Shown one piece after another: positions 8,456-17,851 of a stretch of 57,626 nt of DNA; position 1 is the first letter of the stretch, and the number at the start of each line of letters is the position of its first letter. This stretch comes from a virus. The notes below the pieces were generated by a model, which was not told the origin of the DNA, did not search any database, and saw nothing but the letters and a program-made list of their open reading frames with translations. The stretch spans positions 67,572-125,197 of the IMG/VR virus record IMGVR_UViG_3300027021_000002; one strand, written 5' to 3'. The position numbers were made by a program, and so were the translations under genes.

Positions 8456-8523
8456 CCCGGTATCACATAGATTCATAAAACACCTCCTTTCTTACCTGTG
8501 CCCGGTGCCGGGTCGGGTGCAGG
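8456..8523 (+). ncRNA. anti-SD/anti-AUG-containing RNA, possible pseudoknot
   Basis: CATAAAACACCTCCTTTCT followed by a GC hairpin whose loop can pair with upstream CCCGGTAT. Confidence 0.5.
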
Positions 8524-8545
8524 ATTCAATTAATTGGGAGCACAT

Positions 8546-8725
8546 ATGGATAAGGATTATAAGCGATTAACTATAGCAAAAATACACAACGAAATGTTTC
8601 TTGGGCTATGTAAAGGTTTGCCTAGATATTGCGTAGATGATGACGGGCTAGCTTATTACGAAACGCCACAAGAACACGAAGAAAGACTTGAACGGAGTAG
8701 ACAGAATGAGAACAGCACCTTGTAA
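8546..8725 (+). CDS. hypothetical protein
   Basis: GGGAG SD before ATG 8546. Confidence 0.55.
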   Translation: MDKDYKRLTIAKIHNEMFLGLCKGLPRYCVDDDGLAYYETPQEHEERLERSRQNENSTL

Positions 8726-8876
8726 GGACTGTACAAATCGTATATTGGGTTGTCATTCAACATGTGAGAAGTATCAAGAATATGCAGCCCATCAAGCAAA
8801 GACTAACAATAATAGATTTCTTGATCATCTCAAAGATGAATATTTCAAAGAAAAATACAGAAAGGGGAAGCGTTAG
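8706..8876 (+). CDS. small Cys-rich phage protein
   Basis: PCKDC..R..GCHSTCEKY. Confidence 0.7.
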   Translation: MRTAPCKDCTNRILGCHSTCEKYQEYAAHQAKTNNNRFLDHLKDEYFKEKYRKGKR

Positions 8877-9169
8877 TGAGACGATGGTGGTGCGCACGTA
8901 TTATATTCCCGTTGCCAAAGAACTTTTCCGGTAACGATATAGACGCAGCAATTCTATGGCTCCAAACTTATCAAGCAAAATTAGAAGCAAGAAAACTCGA
9001 AGGCGAATATCCACAACGATTCAAGGTTAAGTGGTGGGAGAGGTTGTTGTTTGCTCGTAGTTTCGCTGGACCAATGAGACGCATTAAGAAGGGTATTAAC
9101 CCGAATGGTGAATGTTACTTTGCCGTAAGACCCGTAAGGGAACTAAAGGATATGGCATGGGTGGATTGA
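8876..9169 (+). CDS. hypothetical protein
   Basis: Translationally coupled ORF. Confidence 0.6.
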   Translation: MRRWWCARIIFPLPKNFSGNDIDAAILWLQTYQAKLEARKLEGEYPQRFKVKWWERLLFARSFAGPMRRIKKGINPNGECYFAVRPVRELKDMAWVD

Positions 9170-9177
9170 GGTGAGTT

Positions 9178-9363
9178 ATGAAACAGGTATGTGTAAGGTG
9201 GTTTGATGGTTATTTGGAATCCTTCGACGTGAACGAAGTAAGATTTGGAGCATATCTCTTATGGATGAGGTTGAATGACGGAGCAAATCGGCATATCCCA
9301 TTAAGTCAAGTCAGATGGTTTTCGGTTAATCCAGAATCACACGAAAATACAGAACAGAATTAA
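9178..9363 (+). CDS. hypothetical protein
   Basis: GAGGTG SD. Confidence 0.65.
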   Translation: MKQVCVRWFDGYLESFDVNEVRFGAYLLWMRLNDGANRHIPLSQVRWFSVNPESHENTEQN

Positions 9364-9422
9364 AACACAGTTTCATTTAAAACCTAACACACTAAAAATT
9401 AAATAAACAGGAGGAATATTAA

Positions 9423-10451
9423 TTGGGTTTTCAGAGGGCAACTAGACAAGACATATGGCTGAAGGTAGCCATATCAGGTGTAAGTGGTAGCGGCAAGACA
9501 TGGGGACTCCTTGAACTTGCAAGTGGTGTAGCAAAGAAATTACGTGAAGAACAGAAGCTTGGCGCAGATGATCCAGGCGGACGTATTGCGTTTATTGATA
9601 CCGAAAATGGTCGTGGTAAGTATTACGCAGACAAATTTGATTATGATTATATGGCGTTATTTGCCCCTTATACGCCAGAAAGTTATGTTTCCGCTATAGA
9701 CGAAGCTTTGCGTGCTGGATATAAGACTATTGTAATCGATAGCACTTCCCACGAGTGGTCTGGTGAAGGTGGATGTCTCGAAATCCATTCCAAAATTCCT
9801 GGTAATTCTTACACAGCGTGGCAGTCCGTAACTCCTCGACACAGGGCGTTTATAGAAAAGATTATCTCTTCTCCTGCTCACATTTTTGCGTCTGTCCGGT
9901 CTAAAGACGAGTACGTAATCGAGGAAGTCAACGGTAAGAAGGTTCCTAAGAAGGTTGGGGTAGGTGTTGACCAGCGTGGTCAGTTTGAATACGAGTATAC
10001 CGTTACCTTTGAGGTGGACAGGGATCGCCACATTGCATCTGCTGGTAAGGATAACACGAATATTTTCGACCAGTGGAACGAGATGCTGAAATCTTCTCAC
10101 GGAGAGATGCTTTACGACTGGGCGAATAGCGGAAGCGGTAAAAACATGAAAGTGCGTGATGTAGAGCCTAAAATTGAAAAGCCGAAAAAGGAAGAGGCTC
10201 CTACCAACTCTGTTGATAATGACCCTGTTGATTTAGTGAAGCTAATCAGTGATATTGATACACTGGCTCACGAGGTTGCTAAAATAGACGACCAGCACAA
10301 GAAAGATGTGTTAGAAGTGTGCAAGGAATGCTACGCAAACAACAAGGGCAACTACAAAAAACTGGCTGAAGATAGTAGCTTGACTGACGACCAAAAGGCC
10401 GAAGTTGCTGTTGCTATGCACGCCAAACTTAAAGCATTAAAGGAGAACTAA
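9423..10451 (+). CDS. Sak4-like (AAA_24) recombination ATPase
   Basis: GVSGSGKT, IDTENG, IVIDSTSHEW; adjacent to SSB. Confidence 0.85.
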   Translation: MGFQRATRQDIWLKVAISGVSGSGKTWGLLELASGVAKKLREEQKLGADDPGGRIAFIDTENGRGKYYADKFDYDYMALFAPYTPESYVSAIDEALRAGYKTIVIDSTSHEWSGEGGCLEIHSKIPGNSYTAWQSVTPRHRAFIEKIISSPAHIFASVRSKDEYVIEEVNGKKVPKKVGVGVDQRGQFEYEYTVTFEVDRDRHIASAGKDNTNIFDQWNEMLKSSHGEMLYDWANSGSGKNMKVRDVEPKIEKPKKEEAPTNSVDNDPVDLVKLISDIDTLAHEVAKIDDQHKKDVLEVCKECYANNKGNYKKLAEDSSLTDDQKAEVAVAMHAKLKALKEN

Positions 10452-10452
10452 T

Positions 10453-10824
10453 ATGAGTGTTGAGAACAAGTGGCATTTTGTAGGTAATATTGCGAGTGAT
10501 ATTGAGAAGCGGGAGACATCCGGTGGAACCACTGTTGTTAGTTTCCGGTTAGCAACCCGTCGTGCCTTTCCTCGTGAGGATGGCCCCCAAGCGGACTTTC
10601 GTCCGATGGTGGCGTGGGGTAAAACAGCAGAGTTTATAGCCAAGTGGTTTGAAAAGGGAAGTCGTATTATTGGCTGTGGGCGTATCGAGGATCGCTCTTG
10701 GGATGGACAGGACGGACAGAAGCATTTCATTACCGAGTGTCAGATCGACGAAGTGACTTTTGGAGGATCTAAGCAAAGCGGCAATACAAGCTCTAGCGGT
10801 TCTGGGGAAGAGTTGTTCGGATAA
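10453..10824 (+). CDS. ssb: single-stranded DNA-binding protein
   Basis: OB-fold SSB motifs VAWGKTAE, KGSRI..GRI; acidic tail. Confidence 0.9.
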   Translation: MSVENKWHFVGNIASDIEKRETSGGTTVVSFRLATRRAFPREDGPQADFRPMVAWGKTAEFIAKWFEKGSRIIGCGRIEDRSWDGQDGQKHFITECQIDEVTFGGSKQSGNTSSSGSGEELFG

Positions 10825-11186
10825 TGAAGTGTCGTTATACCCGTTGTCCTCATGGTGGAGAAGTGGATCGAGAAGAAGCAGTTCAGGATGGTCAAAAATA
10901 TTACCATCCTGACTGTAAACAAAAGGTAGATGCTCGAAAAGCAATCGTAGACGTGATACACGAAATTAATCCAAATATCGTATATGCGGAGCTTGGCAAG
11001 GTATTAAACAAACTGCTGTACGAAAGAGAATTAGGATTTGAATTTATGCTACGTGCAGTAAAGTATGCAAAGTATGCTGGAATTAATATCTATCGCGGAG
11101 CCACACTTTATAACCTTGTCAATAATCCAAATTTTCTAAAGTACAACGACAAATATAAGGCAAAACACGGAGAGGATAATATTTAA
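10824..11186 (+). CDS. Zn-binding replication-associated protein (possible helicase loader)
   Basis: CxxxxC...YHxxC; lies directly before the helicase as in SPbeta-like phages. Confidence 0.55.
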   Translation: MKCRYTRCPHGGEVDREEAVQDGQKYYHPDCKQKVDARKAIVDVIHEINPNIVYAELGKVLNKLLYERELGFEFMLRAVKYAKYAGINIYRGATLYNLVNNPNFLKYNDKYKAKHGEDNI

Positions 11187-12577
11187 TGCCCCAAGACCTC
11201 AAAAAACGGCTGGCTGAAGTAACTGATGTTAGGGCAGAGGGCAGCATTTTGGGGACATTACTAGGAGATTTATCAAGCATAGTTCATTGTGAACTGCTGA
11301 AGCCGGAACACTTTTCAGATCCAATTAACCAATGTATATATCAGGCCATATGGGACATCTACGAACAAGGCGTCAAACAGATCAATGAGATGACGCTGTA
11401 TACACAGCTTAATAGCTACAAAGATGTCCCCAAACTACTCGAACGATTGACATTAGACTACGTTAAAGAATATCGAGAGAAATACATGATGGTTGGTCTT
11501 AGTGATCCGACTCAGCTACAATTCCAAGTAAACCGAGTGATGTCCCTTGCATTCAAGCGCGATTTATTTCTGTCAATTACAAAATTTGAAGATGTCGCGC
11601 TTGACCCTTCTAAAGATAACGTGGTGGAGATCACGAACCTTATTACTTGCGACGTAGATCGCTTAAATGAAAAGTATATTTTATCTGAGAACGCGGAGAC
11701 CTTCGATGACCGCTATAAGGATCTGTGGCAAAACATATTGGCGAAAAGAAATGAGGACGGGACATACGGTATCCCTTCAAAGTATGACGTAATCAACGAC
11801 TACTTTACCTATGAGCCAGGAGAATTATATGTAGTAGTAGCGCGGATGAAACATGGGAAAAGCGCATTTTGTCTCAACGAACTTATAGATAAACTGGATA
11901 AGGGATACCCGTGCCTGTACCTCGACACAGAGAACACAGAGGAGAAGTTTTTCATACGCCTGTTGGCCCACAAAGCAAATGTAGATCAACGCTTGATTAA
12001 AAGTGGAAACTACGATTCAAGATGTGAGCCGTATATACAACGGGCAATGAGGTGGATTGAAGAAAAGGGTAAACTTCTATGTTACCGATACGACCCAGCA
12101 TGGACACCGGACAAGATATATACCGTGTGCAAAACTATGAAGCACAAGATAAACTTTCAGTTTATGGTATATGACTACATGAAAGACACCGAGAGTGCAG
12201 CGATGGGTGAGCAGTACAATCGGTTAGGCAATCTGTGTAACTTCCTCAAAAACAACATTGCTGGCAAGTTCCACGTTCCCGTATTGTCTGCCGCTCAAGA
12301 GGGCAGGGGTAATCAGGGTAAGAATCCTAGTCAAATGCACATCGCGGATTCGGACAAGATAGCTCGATACCTTACGGTTGCAATGCATTGGAGAAGGAAG
12401 ACACCGGAAGAGGTAGATACTGACGGGACTAATTGCGGGAACTATTGCTTGTCGATCCCGATTAGCCGTGATTCAAACATGACCGCAGATGATGAATATT
12501 TGGATTTTGATTTCCACGGCAGCACAATGCGTATTGAAGAGGCACAGTCACATGACCCACTAGGCTTATTCGATTAA
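11186..12577 (+). CDS. dnaB: DnaB-like replicative helicase
   Basis: Walker A ARMKHGKS, YDYMK, SAAQ, IADSDKI. Confidence 0.9.
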   Translation: MPQDLKKRLAEVTDVRAEGSILGTLLGDLSSIVHCELLKPEHFSDPINQCIYQAIWDIYEQGVKQINEMTLYTQLNSYKDVPKLLERLTLDYVKEYREKYMMVGLSDPTQLQFQVNRVMSLAFKRDLFLSITKFEDVALDPSKDNVVEITNLITCDVDRLNEKYILSENAETFDDRYKDLWQNILAKRNEDGTYGIPSKYDVINDYFTYEPGELYVVVARMKHGKSAFCLNELIDKLDKGYPCLYLDTENTEEKFFIRLLAHKANVDQRLIKSGNYDSRCEPYIQRAMRWIEEKGKLLCYRYDPAWTPDKIYTVCKTMKHKINFQFMVYDYMKDTESAAMGEQYNRLGNLCNFLKNNIAGKFHVPVLSAAQEGRGNQGKNPSQMHIADSDKIARYLTVAMHWRRKTPEEVDTDGTNCGNYCLSIPISRDSNMTADDEYLDFDFHGSTMRIEEAQSHDPLGLFD

Positions 12578-12594
12578 GAAAAGGATTAACATAA

Positions 12595-13602
12595 ATGTCA
12601 CTAGGCATCCAGGTAAAATATTATCTTTATAATCATACAGATCAGATAATTTCGATGCTTGAATTTCTTGGATGCCACGATATCACGGAATCTCCTAGGG
12701 AGATAAGATGTGCTGTACCAGACGGCGATAATACAACAAGCGTGTGTATTACTTTAAACGAGTTTCTAAGTACTAATGTCTACACAAGGCCCGGATACAG
12801 GGGCAAGGATATCATTGCTCTGGTACAGTATCTTAAAAAAATCAAAACTGCCACAGAAACCATGAGGTGGATCTTAGAATACTGTGGCGTCGAAGAAGAT
12901 AGTCAGGATGTGGAGCTTTACCCGTCAGAAAGATTCCTGATGGAATTGAGACGGTATGTGACAGAAGAATCTCAGGATGACGCAGAGCAACTAACAGATG
13001 ACTATATGCTTCAGTTCGAAGATCGCCAATCATCAGAATGGGAAGCCGAAGGGATTACTCTAGAGACGCAAAGGCAATATGGCGTCAGATATGACCCTCA
13101 GCGAAAGCGATATGTGTTCCCGATATATGACCATAAGGGACGACTGATTAACGTCCGGGGGAGAACCACTTTATCAAATTATAAAGAGCTGAACATACCG
13201 AAGTATCTCCCCTATTTTAAAGGTAAAGGCATGGTTCTATATGGAGAGTATGAACACAAACAAGATATTCAAGACGCGGGTAGCGTCATTGTTTTCGAGG
13301 GCGAAAAGTCCGTTATGCTTGCCGAGGAATACGGATATCGCAATACAGTAGCAATAGGCACTTGCTCTATCTCAGACAAATTAACAAAACGATTGTTGCG
13401 ACTGAAGGTTGATATCATCCTTGCCTTCGATAAAGGAATTAGCTTTTCAGACGTATACAAAGAAGCAAAGAAGCTGTCCCAATTCACAAACGTCTATGCG
13501 GTTTATGACAGGAGTAATTTACTTAATCCGAAAGATGCGCCAGTAGATCAAGGTTGGTTGGTGTGGGACATGCTTTACGAGAATAGGAAAAGGATTTATT
13601 AA
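12595..13602 (+). CDS. dnaG: DnaG-like DNA primase
   Basis: VFPIYD...GR, TOPRIM FEGEKS, AFDK. Confidence 0.85.
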   Translation: MSLGIQVKYYLYNHTDQIISMLEFLGCHDITESPREIRCAVPDGDNTTSVCITLNEFLSTNVYTRPGYRGKDIIALVQYLKKIKTATETMRWILEYCGVEEDSQDVELYPSERFLMELRRYVTEESQDDAEQLTDDYMLQFEDRQSSEWEAEGITLETQRQYGVRYDPQRKRYVFPIYDHKGRLINVRGRTTLSNYKELNIPKYLPYFKGKGMVLYGEYEHKQDIQDAGSVIVFEGEKSVMLAEEYGYRNTVAIGTCSISDKLTKRLLRLKVDIILAFDKGISFSDVYKEAKKLSQFTNVYAVYDRSNLLNPKDAPVDQGWLVWDMLYENRKRIY

Positions 13603-14373
13603 ATGGCTGAAGTTAAAAATATGGTTTGGTCTTATTCCAGACTTACGACATATGAGACCTGCCCATTTTGTTTCTATTTACAGTATATAAAGAAAGAATC
13701 AGATTACCCATCGGCGTTTGGTCAATACGGATCGTTTTGCCATGAATTGCTTGAAATGTATTTTAAAGATGAGATCCCGGATTTCTTGATGTTGGGCTAT
13801 TATAATGAGCATTTTACGCAACATGTGACGTGCGATTTTCCCCCAAACAAATGGAAAGACCTTGCCCAAGATTATTATCAAAAGGGACAAACATATTTTG
13901 AAACGTTTGAGGGCTTAGAGGGACAATACAAAGAAATCTTGGAGATCGAATCTGAGTATATCTTCGACATTGGCGACTACAAGTGTAAGGGCATTATTGA
14001 TCTGGTAGTTCGCAATCATGATGGGGAAATCGAAATTGTTGACCATAAAAGTAAGAGTGCTCCTAAGTCAAAAGCAGACCTAAAGGCATGGTACAAACAG
14101 CTATATCTATATGCAATTCCCGTATTCGAGAAGTATGGCGAATACCCAAAGCGATTGAATTTCAATATGTTTAAGCTTCAGGATTGGTATAGTACGGAGT
14201 TTGACTTGGTGGAATTTGAACAGGCGAAACAATGGGCGATAGATATTATTTATGCCATAGAAAACGACACAAGATTCAATACGGGAGATCCGGGAGATTT
14301 TTGGTGTAACTTCATTTGCGGAATGCGCGAACACTGTACCAATAGCAATATGTACAAGCCGTATTTAGATTAA
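13603..14373 (+). CDS. PD-(D/E)XK exonuclease, Cas4/AddB-like
   Basis: SYS..CP, GIIDLV, IVDHKS, QLYLY, C-terminal CxxxC..C. Confidence 0.85.
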   Translation: MAEVKNMVWSYSRLTTYETCPFCFYLQYIKKESDYPSAFGQYGSFCHELLEMYFKDEIPDFLMLGYYNEHFTQHVTCDFPPNKWKDLAQDYYQKGQTYFETFEGLEGQYKEILEIESEYIFDIGDYKCKGIIDLVVRNHDGEIEIVDHKSKSAPKSKADLKAWYKQLYLYAIPVFEKYGEYPKRLNFNMFKLQDWYSTEFDLVEFEQAKQWAIDIIYAIENDTRFNTGDPGDFWCNFICGMREHCTNSNMYKPYLD

Positions 14374-14409
14374 ACCTAATATTCAATACTTATTAGATTG
14401 AGGGCTAAT

Positions 14410-17400
14410 ATGATTTATATCCCATACCATGTTCATACCGAATTATCTTTGCTAGATAGCACGACAAACTATAAGAAGTACATAGATTTGTGCGTCCAGT
14501 ATGGCATACCCGCTCTTGGAATCACCGAACACGGGAACATGTTTAACTGGTATAAAAAATATCAGTATGCGCAAAAAAATGGTATCAAACTGATTATGGG
14601 ATGCGAGATATATCTGACCGAGACGCTTGCGGAGAAGGTGCGTGACAATTATCATACTGTACTGCTTGCTAAGAACCAAGAAGGGTTTGCTGAGTTGCTT
14701 CAACTTATATCAACCGCCAATGATGCTGACCACTTCTATTATGACCCCCGCCTTACTTTTGACGAGTTCTTAGGCATAAGCGACAATATTATATCAACGT
14801 CCGCATGTTTAGCTTCTCCGCTCAATCGTCTCTTACCAACCAACCCATATTATGAGCAGTTGGCGGCGAAATATACCTACTACGAGATTCAGCCCCACAA
14901 GGCAGAAGACCAGATCAAATACAACAAGCACCTCTATAAGTTGTCAGAGGGGTTTGGTAAGCCGTTGATTATGGGAACAGACACCCATTCTGCTACAGAG
15001 TTTGATGCTGAGTGTTGTGATATGGTTAAGACGGGACAAAAGTTTGAGTACGACGATTCTGGATTGGTATTAACTTTCTGGGAGCCGGATGCACTATACG
15101 ACACTTATAAATATCAGGAGATTCCAAGAGAAGCATACCAGAAGGCCATTCAAAATACGCTAGAGTTACAAAGCATCGAAGATCTCACTTTCGATACGTC
15201 AGCAAAATATCCAGATTTGTACGAGAATGCTGACGAAATGCTTGACAGAATGGTGTGGGATTCTTACCGTGACAAAATAGATAGAGGGGTTTTCGTAGAC
15301 ACCCAGGAGCGCAGAGATAGACTAAACGAAGAGATACCTGTATTCAAAAAGCAGGGTATGTCTAGCTTTATGTTGTTTATGTCCGAGCTGGTGAGATGGT
15401 GCCATAGTAACGATATCCCTACAGGGTTTTGCAGGGGTAGTGTCGGTGGTAGTTTTGTGGCGTATGTACTTGATATCATCGACTTGGACCCGATAAAGTG
15501 GAAAACAATCTTCTCCCGTTTTGTTAACGCTGATAGAATTTCGCTTGGAGACATTGATATAGACTTTGCTCCAGAAGATCGAGATACCGTATATGATTAC
15601 ATATATAATCGTTTCGGCATTGATAAAACAGCACGTATCTTAACATTAGGGACAGCCCAAGAGAAGAAAGCTATCGAAACAATATGTCGCGGTATCTATC
15701 CAGATATGCCGAATGACGAACGTGTTGAATTGGCGAAAACAATTAAAAATGAACTCATTAGTTTGAGAGATAAGTATACGGAGTGTTACAATGAACTTAG
15801 TGGTAAAGATGAAAAAGAATTGTGTTTTCTCAAACATGAAGAGTGTTTAGAGAATATCCCCGAAAAATATCAAGCAGAATTTCAATCTATTTATTCTGAA
15901 TTTGAATCACTTTCTCAGAAATATCCTGATGTGTTTCATTATTATCGCGCCACAAAAGGGACCATTTTAAACAAAGGTAAGCACGCATCAGCTATTGTCG
16001 CTAGTCCGATTGAGTTAGCAAATAACATTGGACTATGTATGAGTGAAGGTAAATGGGTAACACAGCTTGACATGGACGAACTGCATGATCTTAATTATGT
16101 GAAGTATGATATTCTTGGTCTTAAAAACATTGGTATCATCAAACAGACATATAAGCTGCTAAACAAATCCTACCCCAAGTCACACGAAATAGATTGGGAA
16201 GATCCATGGGTGTGGGAAGATATGATTAATTGTCGTGTTGGTATCTTTCAGTTTGAAAAAGAATACGCATTCTCATTACTGAAACAAATGAAGCCCGAGA
16301 AAACAAACGATATGACGCTATGCAATGCTGCACTTCGTCCGTCTGGAAAAAGCTATCGTGATAGATTGATACGACACGAAATTAATGTAAATCCATCAGA
16401 AGAAATTGACAAACTACTAAAAGAGAACTATGGATATTTAGTATATCAAGAGGATACAATCAGGTTTCTAATGCAAATATGTGGGTTAGATGGTAGTACG
16501 TCAGACACTATCCGTCGTCACATTTGCGATAAGCGTCTCGATAGGCTGCAACCATACCTCCCACAAATATTAGAGGGTTATTGTAGTTATTCTTCTAAGC
16601 CAAGAGAAGAGGCGGAAGAAGAGGCTAAACAATTCCTTCAGATAATTGAAGATTCAGCGCGATATCAGTTTGGCTATAATCATTCAACTGGCTATTCAAT
16701 GGTTGGTTATGTATGCGCGATGCTAAGATACTATTATCCAGCAGAATTTTTAACTTCGTTTTTGAATTGTGCTCAAAATGATGATGATATTCTAATGGGG
16801 CAAGATCTTGCGCAAATTAAGGGTATAAAGATTTTACCCATACGATTTGGTAAGTCACAAGATATGTATAGGCTAGACTCAGATACAAACAATGTCTATA
16901 AGGGTATTTCTAGCATTAAATACATGAGCAGTGCAGTTGCGAAAGAGCTATACGAATTAGCAAAGACGCACCCTAAGACTTTTACCGATATACTATTTAG
17001 GACTCATAATGAAACGTCTTGTGATATGCGACAGTTAGAAATTCTGATCAAATTAGGCTTCTTCCCAAGGGAATATGGGACCATGAAAAGACAAGTCAAG
17101 TTATTCGAGTTGTGGAGAGACAAGAAGTTGTGGCAACGTAAACAAATCAATAAAGATGAGGCCGAAGAACTTGGTCTATATCCTTTAATCACAGAATACG
17201 CGAGTGAGACAGAAAAGTTATATAAAGACATCGATATGTACGAGTTTCTAAAAGCGTATGAAGGGAGTTTGTCTAATGAAGACTTTAGTATTAAAGAAAA
17301 GCTCGATTTTCAAAAGGATTTGTTAGGATATATTCAATATGTTGACGATAGTATGCCGAAAGGGTATGTATACGTAACCGATCTTGATACACGGTACTCA

Positions 17401-17661
17401 CCAAGAGCGCAGGTATACGGGCTGAAGACTGGTAAGTCTATGACAGTTAAGATATATAAGGCTAAGAGGGGTAGGGGTGCTCCTGGTGTAAGCAAATACT
17501 TTAAAGATGAACCTTTTAATAAAGGCGACATTTTAAAAGTAAAAAGAGTGCAAAAGCAACCTAAAAGAATGAAAAATCAAGACACCGGAAAGTGGGAAGA
17601 AATACCGGGAACGGAGGAGTTGTGGGTGACGAACTATGAAAAAGTATCAAGTATGGCGTGA
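14410..17661 (+). CDS. dnaE: DNA polymerase III alpha subunit
   Basis: PHP domain HVHTELS...TEHGN; CRGSVGGS; DIDID; KYDILGL; YQED. Confidence 0.95.
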   Translation: MIYIPYHVHTELSLLDSTTNYKKYIDLCVQYGIPALGITEHGNMFNWYKKYQYAQKNGIKLIMGCEIYLTETLAEKVRDNYHTVLLAKNQEGFAELLQLISTANDADHFYYDPRLTFDEFLGISDNIISTSACLASPLNRLLPTNPYYEQLAAKYTYYEIQPHKAEDQIKYNKHLYKLSEGFGKPLIMGTDTHSATEFDAECCDMVKTGQKFEYDDSGLVLTFWEPDALYDTYKYQEIPREAYQKAIQNTLELQSIEDLTFDTSAKYPDLYENADEMLDRMVWDSYRDKIDRGVFVDTQERRDRLNEEIPVFKKQGMSSFMLFMSELVRWCHSNDIPTGFCRGSVGGSFVAYVLDIIDLDPIKWKTIFSRFVNADRISLGDIDIDFAPEDRDTVYDYIYNRFGIDKTARILTLGTAQEKKAIETICRGIYPDMPNDERVELAKTIKNELISLRDKYTECYNELSGKDEKELCFLKHEECLENIPEKYQAEFQSIYSEFESLSQKYPDVFHYYRATKGTILNKGKHASAIVASPIELANNIGLCMSEGKWVTQLDMDELHDLNYVKYDILGLKNIGIIKQTYKLLNKSYPKSHEIDWEDPWVWEDMINCRVGIFQFEKEYAFSLLKQMKPEKTNDMTLCNAALRPSGKSYRDRLIRHEINVNPSEEIDKLLKENYGYLVYQEDTIRFLMQICGLDGSTSDTIRRHICDKRLDRLQPYLPQILEGYCSYSSKPREEAEEEAKQFLQIIEDSARYQFGYNHSTGYSMVGYVCAMLRYYYPAEFLTSFLNCAQNDDDILMGQDLAQIKGIKILPIRFGKSQDMYRLDSDTNNVYKGISSIKYMSSAVAKELYELAKTHPKTFTDILFRTHNETSCDMRQLEILIKLGFFPREYGTMKRQVKLFELWRDKKLWQRKQINKDEAEELGLYPLITEYASETEKLYKDIDMYEFLKAYEGSLSNEDFSIKEKLDFQKDLLGYIQYVDDSMPKGYVYVTDLDTRYSPRAQVYGLKTGKSMTVKIYKAKRGRGAPGVSKYFKDEPFNKGDILKVKRVQKQPKRMKNQDTGKWEEIPGTEELWVTNYEKVSSMA

Positions 17662-17851
17662 AGATAAGTTATTGCACGAGTCAGAAGAATTTCTATCTGT
17701 ATACCAACTTCTTAAAAAGAGTATTAAGGGCGCAGATAAATTAAAAGTTAGATCTACAGCTAACGAAATAGAAGAATATAAAAAGGTTCTTTTTCCAGAA
17801 ATGGACAGAGACACATATTTAACAGTAAAGATCGTGGAGGACGAAGAGTGA
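17636..17851 (+). CDS. hypothetical protein
   Basis: Coupled ORF between dnaE and nrdD. Confidence 0.6.
   Translation: MKKYQVWREDKLLHESEEFLSVYQLLKKSIKGADKLKVRSTANEIEEYKKVLFPEMDRDTYLTVKIVEDEE

Noticed and set aside
13603-14373. Cas4-like nuclease as a sign of a CRISPR system
   Set aside because: No repeat-spacer array or other cas genes; it sits in the replication operon
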